Source of the DNA: Candidatus Micrarchaeia archaeon | GTDB lineage: Archaea > Micrarchaeota > Micrarchaeia > Micrarchaeales > CABMGC01 | DNA length: 64,000 nt | NCBI GenBank assembly: GCA_049964835.1 | Contig: JBMFWW010000001.1 | Span: 67,589-131,588 of the forward strand | Direction: 5' to 3' | Shown here: piece after piece, positions 1 to 6,916 of the stretch | Layout: the number at the start of each line of letters is the position of its first letter | Position numbering within the stretch: the first letter of the stretch is position 1 | Notes under the pieces: generated by a model | The model's input: only the letters and a program-made list of their open reading frames with translations | The model's database searches: none | Told to the model about the DNA's origin: nothing | Translations under genes and position numbers: made by a program

Positions 1-529
1 CAAGGTAGAGTACTCCTTCTCCAAGATTGTACCATGTTCTTCTGAAAGGCAAACTAACACCTACTTGAAAACAGTAATATCCTAAACCTTTGTAATTTGT
101 TGCATTGTTCTGTAAATAATCTGCATAATTTGCGGCATCCATTCTCCAGATTGTCTGAGCAACTCCAATAAGCGTGACATTTATACCAGTTAAACCTTCT
201 GAAGACGACCCATATTTTTTATTCAGTACCCCTAATTGTTGAACTGCAAACGGTCTTTTTTCTGTACCTTTAGGGAAGTAATGTAAATTCTTTTTAAATA
301 GTTTAAACTCCCTACCGCCTATCGTGACGTCATCACCTTTTACTTTAAGTTCATCTCTTTTTAATGTAGGAATAACATAATAATAACTAATGAATGGTGC
401 AGCATCTGCTTTACTATTCAATATATTCGGCGCACCTAAAGAAAAGGCAGCAAAGGTTGCAACGATTGTAGATGTTCGTTTTATCTTACTTAAAAATTCG
501 GAGCTACGACTAACAGTTGTAAAATCCAT
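1..529 (-). CDS. hypothetical exported protein, N-terminal part only (gene continues past the left window edge)
   Basis: Absent from the ORF track because there is no stop inside the window. The reverse frame is open from nt 2 up to the ATG at 529-527. The N-terminus MDFTTVSRSSEFLSKIKRTSTIVATFAAFSLGAP has a charged head followed by a hydrophobic stretch, which looks like an export signal. No family recognised. Confidence 0.45.
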   Translation of the reverse strand, partial: MDFTTVSRSSEFLSKIKRTSTIVATFAAFSLGAPNILNSKADAAPFISYYYVIPTLKRDELKVKGDDVTIGGREFKLFKKNLHYFPKGTEKRPFAVQQLGVLNKKYGSSSEGLTGINVTLIGVAQTIWRMDAANYADYLQNNATNYKGLGYYCFQVGVSLPFRRTWYNLGEGVLYL

Positions 530-652
530 TTTAACATAATTGCCCACATTATTGTGGTGCATTCTTGAAGTATCAGTCAAACTAGACTGCTGCTTCGAAG
601 CATTACCCATACCCTTGTCCCAATATAACTATATTGTAATAGATATATTAAT

Positions 653-1312
653 CTTTCTAAAAATTCATTATTTTGTCTTATCTCGAAATAAGGTCCTCAC
701 GACAAAGGAATATGATTATGTAAAAAGTATACAAATCATGAAGAAGTTGACAAATAGAGGGATGAGATGGACTATAAGATAAACAAAGAAAGTAGAACAG
801 TCAGTCAGCTTTGAGCTACACGCTGACGCAGACTGGAAAACTAGTTGTCATAAACTCAGTATTAGGAGCATCAATCAATTCTGTTTATGGTCTGGTTGAG
901 CCTTCGGCTTTTCTCTCTTCGACAACGAATCAAGGAAGGAGCCTGCTACCCACCAACCAACTATCAAACAGAGGACAAAAAGAACAATCGGGACTACAAA
1001 AAAATCAAATCAACCAACATTATCTCCTTTTAGTAATACTAATACAGCAGAATCATATTTAAATTTTGTGGGTCAGGGAGCTTTAAGCGGAGCGAACTTC
1101 GCCACAAGCTTCGGGGGAAGTGGCTCTCGGATCGTTTGCTCTATCTAAAGTTCTTTCAGCAATTCCAGGAGGAGTAGGAGATGCTATAAGAAATCCATAC
1201 GTTGCTAAACCGCTCATCGCTACTGGCATCGGCGTTTCTTCATATAGTGTTGGTTTAGCTTTAGGCGAGAATACTAAAGAAGCTCCATTAAATCGGGATA
1301 CTACAAAAAATT
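653..1312 (+). repeat. repeat family copy A (long copy, about 0.65 kb)
   Basis: Nt 653-800 align by hand to the reverse complement of 12440-12295 with about 13 mismatches and one 3-nt gap. Nt 1286-1312 are identical to the reverse complement of 12174-12200. The two ends are imperfect inverted repeats (17 of 23 positions). Confidence 0.7.
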
Positions 1313-1341
1313 TTAGAAATAACAAAATTATAATGAGATAA
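699..1341 (+). pseudogene. decayed glycine-rich ORF carried by repeat copy A
   Basis: One frame reads (ACG)TKEYDYVKSIQIMKKLTNRGMRWTIR-TAA-...-TGA-...FVGQGALSGANFATSFGG. A shifted frame then continues ALGSFALSKVLSAIPGGVGDAIRNPYVAKPLIATGIGVSSYSVGLALG...NRDTTKNF to the stop at 1339-1341. Copy B has ATG where A has ACG, and CAA where A has TAA. Confidence 0.5.
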
Positions 1342-2872
1342 ACAACCATGGAAGAGCTAATAGCACGAACATTATAATTACTAGTGCCACTAGTAGTTTA
1401 AGCTTTCTTTCACTTTTTATTGTATTTTTATAAATACGCCATCCATCAAATAATGGAATAGGTAAAAGATTTATAGTCGCTACTAAAAAGTTAAGAACTA
1501 ATGAAAGCACTAAAAATTGATAAAGAAATACCAATATAGAAGAGGTTACGCCACCTTTTTGCCTTTCGTACTCTTGTATATATACACCGATTTTCCCTGT
1601 TGAGTTTGCTCTTATTTTATAAGTTGTTTCATTAGTTTTTACGGTAACTATGCTTGAAGGCAGATCACTTTTCGCTGCAATATCCAACTGTGAAACATTA
1701 CTTACATTCATGTTATTCCACGCTACTATTAGCGAGCCTGGAGCTATAACATTATATGCAGGTGAACCTTGCGCTACTGCTGAAATGTAAAGGCCGTTTG
1801 TATAAATGTTCGGTATTATGTATAGAAGGAAAAGAAGAACGAATATAAAGAATATAAAAGTGAGGAGAAAGTTTGCAGATATTCCTGCTATGAAGATATT
1901 ATTTTGAACATATTTTTCTGATGATACAACCGCTTTTTCATCAGGCTCTACAAATGCACCTATTGGAAGTATTCCAAAAAGTGCAAGACCTATTTTTTTA
2001 ATCTTTATTTTGTAAACTCCCGATAGTATACCATGTGAAAATTCATGAACTATGAGTATTACTGCAAGTGAAAGAATTCCAGCAAAGAAAGGTATTGTTA
2101 TGCCCGGTATTAACGGCGCAAGTCCGGGGGTTGCCGTAGATAATGCAGTATAATTAGGAGATGATGAGGCTATTGATGATGCAACTGTGAAGATATTTGC
2201 TATCATTAAACCTGAAGCTGCAAGAAGCTCGATAAATAGAAATATTGAAAAACCACCAACTAAAGAAATTAATAAAAGTATATAGCCAAAAAGACTTAGT
2301 TGTGAAATTCCAGTAACTCCTTGTGGCATTGATATCGAAGGAAGATTTGGTATTTTTATATACTGGAAAGATAGTAAAAAGTATGGAAGCATTACAACAA
2401 TTATAAATGCAATTGATATTAATCCTATAAAAACAGCTTTTTTAGAAACTCTTCCTTTAAAGATAAAGTAAGAAAGTACTCCGAAACTCATTACAAGGCC
2501 CCACTCGGATAAGAAGATCCAGAACTCTCTCTTAAATTTTGAGATCTTTTCTATAGTTGATATGCCAGAACTGCCGCCATAAATATATAAACCAAAGTTT
2601 CCTGAAAGGTTATTTACTTTTGTTATTATTATCCCGGATAAAATAAGTGATAGTATACCTATCCCTACACCTAAAAGAATTCCAAGATTAGAAGTATAGA
2701 GTGCATATATCAAAAATAACTCTAATATAATAATAAGTAATGTTATTGTCTTTCTAATTTTTTGATGCTCTGGTTTTAATTTCTTTGCAGTTTTTTTATT
2801 ATTTTTAGTAGATTGTGAAACTTTTTTTGAAGCTGGTTTAGAAGGCTTACTCTCATAATTGACTTTATCCAT
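1328..2872 (-). CDS. site-2 protease family (M50) intramembrane zinc metalloprotease
   Basis: 514-aa multi-pass membrane ORF. It has HEFSHG (HExxH) within a hydrophobic segment, a central soluble PDZ-like insert, and a C-terminal NLLPIPLFDGW motif (NxxPxxxLDG-like). Confidence 0.8.
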   Translation of the reverse strand: MDKVNYESKPSKPASKKVSQSTKNNKKTAKKLKPEHQKIRKTITLLIIILELFLIYALYTSNLGILLGVGIGILSLILSGIIITKVNNLSGNFGLYIYGGSSGISTIEKISKFKREFWIFLSEWGLVMSFGVLSYFIFKGRVSKKAVFIGLISIAFIIVVMLPYFLLSFQYIKIPNLPSISMPQGVTGISQLSLFGYILLLISLVGGFSIFLFIELLAASGLMIANIFTVASSIASSSPNYTALSTATPGLAPLIPGITIPFFAGILSLAVILIVHEFSHGILSGVYKIKIKKIGLALFGILPIGAFVEPDEKAVVSSEKYVQNNIFIAGISANFLLTFIFFIFVLLFLLYIIPNIYTNGLYISAVAQGSPAYNVIAPGSLIVAWNNMNVSNVSQLDIAAKSDLPSSIVTVKTNETTYKIRANSTGKIGVYIQEYERQKGGVTSSILVFLYQFLVLSLVLNFLVATINLLPIPLFDGWRIYKNTIKSERKLKLLVALVIIMFVLLALPWLFISL

Positions 2873-2931
2873 GCTTATCTTTCACTACAAATATATTTAT
2901 AAGTTAACTGTTAAATTAATATGGTCTTTAA

Positions 2932-3381
2932 ATGTATGATTGCGAGATCTGTGGTAAAAAAACCGATTCTTTGTATATAATAGACGTTGAAGGTGCAGAA
3001 CTTACTACATGCATGAAGTGTGCAGATGGGAAAAATATAATAGAGACAATAGAAGATGAAACGCAAGGTAAACCCAAAAATACACCAGCTAAAAAGGAAG
3101 AACCCTTATTTGATATTGTAGACAATTATGGAGAGGTAATAAAGGTAGCAAGAGAAAAGGTAGGTATACCATTAAAGGTTCTTGCTGAAATGATAAATGA
3201 AAAGGAAAGCGTTCTTAACAGAATAGAGCACCAAAAAATGTTGCCTAATGACAAAGTAGTTGAAAAGCTTGAAAAAAATCTAGGTATAAAGTTAAAGGTC
3301 GAGGTAACTGATACTAAGAACTTTGAAAAGAAGGATCCTGATGAGCCAATAACACTTGGTGACGCAGCGTTTAGAAAGTAA
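2932..3381 (+). CDS. mbf1: archaeal multiprotein bridging factor 1 (aMBF1) family transcription factor
   Basis: N-terminal zinc ribbon (CEICGK...CMKC) followed by a C-terminal XRE-type helix-turn-helix (KVLAEMINEKESVLNRIEHQK). Size is typical at 149 aa. Confidence 0.8.
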   Translation: MYDCEICGKKTDSLYIIDVEGAELTTCMKCADGKNIIETIEDETQGKPKNTPAKKEEPLFDIVDNYGEVIKVAREKVGIPLKVLAEMINEKESVLNRIEHQKMLPNDKVVEKLEKNLGIKLKVEVTDTKNFEKKDPDEPITLGDAAFRK

Positions 3382-3423
3382 GTAATCAACGTTTAGATTC
3401 ATAACATAAATAGTGGTGAGTTT

Positions 3424-4482
3424 GTAGCAGTAGATATTGGAAAACTTATTTCTGAGATTAAAAAACCTGTTTCTTTTGCTGAACTTTCAGGAAAAAGTAT
3501 AGCAATAGATGCATACAACACAATATATCAGTTTTTATCAATAATTAGACAGCCAGATGGAATGCCATTAGTAGACTCTAAAAATAGGGTTACAAGCCAT
3601 CTTTCAGGACTTTTTTACAGGACAATAAGCTTTATAGAAAATGGTATAACTCCAATATATGTTTTTGATGGAATACCTTCATCATTAAAACAAAGAACAA
3701 TTAATGCACGTATTAAAAAAAGGGAGGATGCGCTAGAGGCATGGAACAAAGCAAAGGAAGAAGGCATGCTAGACCAAGCTAGGAGCTACGCTATGGCTAG
3801 CACTAGGATAAATAAGGACATTGTAAACAGCGCCAAGGAGCTACTAGAGTATATGGGAGTTGCTTATGTGCAAGCTCCTGGTGAAGGAGAGGCCCAAGCA
3901 GCATATATGAACAAAGCAGGTCTGGTTTATGCATCATGCTCTCAAGATTATGATCTGTTTCTATTAGGTGCAGAAAACATAGTAAGGAATCTAGCTATAA
4001 GCGGAAAGAGAAAGCTTCCTAGGAAAAATGTTTATGTAAATGTAGAGCCTGAAATTGCTAAAACAAAGGATTTACTAGAACAGTTAGGTATAACTCAAAG
4101 ACAGCTCATTATGCTAGGTATACTAATAGGAACTGACTTTAATACTGGCATAGAAAAGGTAGGACCAAAAACTGCACTAAAACTTGTTAGAGAAAATAGT
4201 ACCGTTGAAAAGTTAGAGCATACAATTAAAGAGAAGTATAATTTTGAGTTTGATGTGCCTATTGAAGATGTAATAAAATTATTTGAAGAGCCAGAAGTAA
4301 AGGAGCTTTCTAACGAAGAGTTTGAAGCAATAATAAAAAACTGCAAACCGGACAAAGAAAAATTAGTATCTTTTATGTGCGATGAGTATGGATTTTCAAA
4401 GGAAAGAATAAGTTCAAATATTAAAAAGTTGCTTGATATCAAAAATCTTGGAAATCAAAAAGGTATAAATAGCTGGTTGTAG
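3424..4482 (+). CDS. fen: flap endonuclease 1 (FEN-1)
   Basis: Motifs GKSIAIDAYNTIYQFL, ITPIYVFDG, QAPGEGEAQAAYM, SQDYDLFLLG and GTDFN. Homology clearly starts at 3424 (VAVDIGKLI aligns to MGVxxGxLI). The first in-frame canonical start is the ATG at 3562. An out-of-frame GTG at 3416 would fit if the T-run at 3421-3423 were one base longer. Confidence 0.9.
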   Translation, partial: VAVDIGKLISEIKKPVSFAELSGKSIAIDAYNTIYQFLSIIRQPDGMPLVDSKNRVTSHLSGLFYRTISFIENGITPIYVFDGIPSSLKQRTINARIKKREDALEAWNKAKEEGMLDQARSYAMASTRINKDIVNSAKELLEYMGVAYVQAPGEGEAQAAYMNKAGLVYASCSQDYDLFLLGAENIVRNLAISGKRKLPRKNVYVNVEPEIAKTKDLLEQLGITQRQLIMLGILIGTDFNTGIEKVGPKTALKLVRENSTVEKLEHTIKEKYNFEFDVPIEDVIKLFEEPEVKELSNEEFEAIIKNCKPDKEKLVSFMCDEYGFSKERISSNIKKLLDIKNLGNQKGINSWL

Positions 4483-4499
4483 AATGTTAAATGATCTTT

Positions 4500-4619
4500 A
4501 TGCAAAAAACAGTAAGTAAAAAAACAAGAAGAGTAGGTAAAAAGTACAGAAAGATGAATGCTATAAATAAATTGAAGAAAAGAAGCAGAAAACTTATGAA
4601 AAAGACAAAGGCAAGGTAA
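4500..4619 (+). CDS. candidate 39-aa highly basic small protein
   Basis: ATG-initiated ORF below the track cutoff: MQKTVSKKTRRVGKKYRKMNAINKLKKRSRKLMKKTKAR. It lies 18 nt after the FEN-1 stop and its last 26 nt overlap the convergent gene. It may be a chance ORF in A-rich DNA. Confidence 0.3.
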   Translation: MQKTVSKKTRRVGKKYRKMNAINKLKKRSRKLMKKTKAR

Positions 4620-5148
4620 TATCCCTATATATCTTATCGTTGAATTCGTAAGATATAACCTCCTCATCAATACTGCCGCAGATATACTTTAAAAGGAGAG
4701 CTTTGCTCTTGAAATGCTTTGGCTCTGTGTTATGTTGAAATAGAATTAACTCATTATTATACTCTAAATAAACTGACATTACATTTCTGTCAGCATAATT
4801 TACAATGAGAACCTTTGACGAAACAGTTCCAAGTGCTATAAAAATACTACACAATAATGCATAATAGTCAAGTTCATCACCTATTTTATTCTTCAATGTT
4901 TCTTCTGGTTTCTGCCAAAACTGTATAGGTAATAAAACAATAGTTATATTTTTTTCAAGATTTTTGAATACCTCTTTTGATATTTTCAAGATATCATTTC
5001 CATCATTAGAGTACTCTGATGAAGAACTTAATTGAGAGATAAATGCCGCTATCTCTGAAGAAGTAGGATCAATAAGTTTTGGTAAATCTGGTAGATAGAT
5101 ACTTTCATTTTGCTCTATATACTCTTTATAACGAAGAATTACCGTCAA
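4594..5148 (-). CDS. hypothetical protein (weak transglutaminase/papain-like Cys...His pattern)
   Basis: 184-aa ORF with a TTG start. GDELDYYALLCSIFIALG followed by LEYNNELILFQH loosely resembles the transglutaminase-like core. The match is not strong. Confidence 0.4.
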   Translation of the reverse strand: MTVILRYKEYIEQNESIYLPDLPKLIDPTSSEIAAFISQLSSSSEYSNDGNDILKISKEVFKNLEKNITIVLLPIQFWQKPEETLKNKIGDELDYYALLCSIFIALGTVSSKVLIVNYADRNVMSVYLEYNNELILFQHNTEPKHFKSKALLLKYICGSIDEEVISYEFNDKIYRDITLPLSFS

Positions 5149-5201
5149 ATAAAAGGAGTTGTATTTTTTGAGCTTATCTAACTCCTCTAACTCTTGCGAA
5201 G

Positions 5202-5633
5202 TTATCCTAAAACCACCATTGTCTTAGTGTTTACTATGCCGGTTTTAGAATGTATATAATCCAAAAGTATCTCTTTGAAATGCACAGTATCCTTTGCTAT
5301 TACTTTTATAATTAAATCGGCATCGCTTGTTATAATGTAGCCTTCTCTTACATATAATATATCTAAAAGTTCCTTTAAGAGTGCATCTTGAGTCTTATTT
5401 ATACTGCGCAATATGTTTATGTCTATGGTTATTAATACAAAAGCGGTTATTGAAAAACCTGCTTTTTTCCAGTCAATATCTCCTTTATAGTGCTTTATTA
5501 TCTTCTCCTTCTCTAATTTTTTGATTCTAAAATGTACTGTAGATACCGGAGCATTTAACTTCTTTGCTAAGGTAGTGTACTTTATTATGCCAGAGTCTAT
5601 CCCTGTTATTATATCTTCATCAAACTCGTCCAT
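5202..5633 (-). CDS. Lrp/AsnC family transcriptional regulator
   Basis: N-terminal wHTH (YTTLAKKLNAPVSTVHFRIKKLEKEKII) plus a C-terminal RAM/ligand-binding fold (ITAFVLITID...ADLIIKVIAKD). 143 aa. Confidence 0.8.
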   Translation of the reverse strand: MDEFDEDIITGIDSGIIKYTTLAKKLNAPVSTVHFRIKKLEKEKIIKHYKGDIDWKKAGFSITAFVLITIDINILRSINKTQDALLKELLDILYVREGYIITSDADLIIKVIAKDTVHFKEILLDYIHSKTGIVNTKTMVVLG

Positions 5634-5755
5634 AAATAGAATATAATAAGAAGTAATATAAGCCTTTTTGAATAAGTAATATATTTATAGACAAAGATTA
5701 TTTCCAGTTTTTATAACGACATAATAATTTTTGCATAGGTAATGTACTAAAACTA

Positions 5756-5770
5756 TTGTAATAATTACAA
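5756..5770. promoter_or_regulatory. 15-bp palindrome TTGTAATAATTACAA matching the LrpB-type box consensus TTGYAWWWWWTRCAA
   Basis: Perfect dyad in the divergent Lrp / RAM-domain intergenic region. Additional TTGYAW half-sites sit at 5731-5736 and 5787-5792. Confidence 0.55.
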
Positions 5771-5906
5771 TAAGGTATATATAGTATTGTAAGAAATCTA
5801 TAAGAAATACAGAAAAATAAGATAAATATATTTAAAGAGCCTAGTGTATATATTATCAATTATTTCTAGCTCTATGAGCATGGGAAATGATTTAGGGGGT
5901 TGGGTC

Positions 5907-5930
5907 GCCCAAAAGGTACGCCTTTTGGGC
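5907..5930. other. perfect 10-bp GC-rich inverted repeat (GCCCAAAAGG tacg CCTTTTGGGC)
   Basis: Read directly from the sequence. It lies just upstream of a TATA-like ttatattaaaa and about 60 nt before the RAM-domain gene. A second 5-bp hairpin (TCTCG ttgag CGAGA) is at 5953-5967. Confidence 0.6.
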
Positions 5931-5991
5931 ATTATATTAAAATGTGTTTTTGTCTCGTTGAGCGAGAGCGACATATTTAAGTGTGGGGAAG

Positions 5992-6270
5992 ATGAATAGA
6001 AAAACATTATCTAATAGTGTTAGGAATAGATGTAATGGCAATTATTTATTTTTTATAAAGCCAAAATATCTAAAAGACGCAAAGAAAATAGCACATAATT
6101 TGATAAACATCGGTTCTGTAAATGAGGTAATCTTAACTAGCGGACAGTACGGATTTGTTGTGAAATGCAATTCTGAAAAATCTGAAAAGGAGCTGTGTTT
6201 ATATATTAAAAGGAATGTCGGAGATATTTCAAAATTAGAATGTCATTACTCTTATATCAAAACTATTTGA
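5992..6270 (+). CDS. stand-alone Lrp/AsnC ligand-binding (RAM) domain protein
   Basis: YLFFIKPK...SVNEVILTSGQYGFVVKC...LCLYIKRNVGDISKLE follows the beta-alpha-beta-beta-alpha-beta RAM pattern with no HTH. An alternative GTG start is at 5983. Confidence 0.55.
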   Translation: MNRKTLSNSVRNRCNGNYLFFIKPKYLKDAKKIAHNLINIGSVNEVILTSGQYGFVVKCNSEKSEKELCLYIKRNVGDISKLECHYSYIKTI

Positions 6271-6898
6271 GTTTTGATACAAGCTGAAGATACTTCTTAG
6301 ATTTATTATTATATTTTGAGAGCTTTCTTTTCTTGCTCGTTATTATTCTTTGCATTATGCGTATCTCTCCTTTCCTAAGGAACTTAAATATGCCTCTATT
6401 CTTTTTGTTAAGCTCAGCTGCTATTTGATTAAGGGCTTTTTCTTCCTTGCTTATCCTTGAGCTGTATTTTACAACATTCTTTTCAACTCCAGAGATAAGA
6501 GATTCATGATACTTCTTAATCGATCTGAGATCTCTTGCTTTTGAAGTAAGGCCTATGAGTATTATGTCGGTTATATCAGGTGTGAAGATGCTTTGGTATC
6601 CTACAGCTAATTTTTCTATAAAAAGTAAGTAGCTTCTTAACTCTGGCAGTGACATGTGTTTTGAGTTGATTATTATATTCTGCATGCATATCGCTTCATA
6701 ATCTAAATTTTTCAAAAGAACCTCCATCTTTGCAGCATGCTCATCTAATAACTGAAGTGTTCCTGCGGTTTTTGGTTCTGAGTTATCTAAAAGTTTTCCC
6801 CTCCAGCTTTCCTTTATGACCTTTCGCATAGCTTCTTCTTCAAATGTATTTACACGATTATTAGTATTAATCCCATCTTTTTGCAGCATATTTACCAT
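6263..6898 (-). CDS. hypothetical protein, largely helical with a lysine-rich tail
   Basis: 211-aa ORF immediately downstream of gltX on the same strand. No motif recognised. Confidence 0.5.
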   Translation of the reverse strand: MVNMLQKDGINTNNRVNTFEEEAMRKVIKESWRGKLLDNSEPKTAGTLQLLDEHAAKMEVLLKNLDYEAICMQNIIINSKHMSLPELRSYLLFIEKLAVGYQSIFTPDITDIILIGLTSKARDLRSIKKYHESLISGVEKNVVKYSSRISKEEKALNQIAAELNKKNRGIFKFLRKGEIRIMQRIITSKKRKLSKYNNKSKKYLQLVSKLK

Positions 6899-6916
6899 AT
6901 AGATACACTATCTCAT

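Noticed and set aside
540-1062. Track ORFs 540-782 and 811-1062 as independent protein genes
   Set aside because: 540-782 is mostly upstream non-coding DNA read through into the decayed repeat ORF. 811-1062 is an off-frame reading of the same repeat with A/C-rich low-complexity translation.
781-1150. G+C-rich, hairpin-containing stretch considered as RNase P RNA or SRP (7S) RNA
   Set aside because: I could not find the universal RNase P CR-I/CR-V (GAGGAAAGUCC / ACAGAA..GGCUUA-type P4 strands) or the SRP helix-8 GNAR/AGCA motifs on either strand. A single protein frame stays nearly open across the region, Gly codons explain the G+C peak, and a paralogous copy at 12.2-12.4 kb retains the ATG. 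A covariance-model scan would still be the decisive test.
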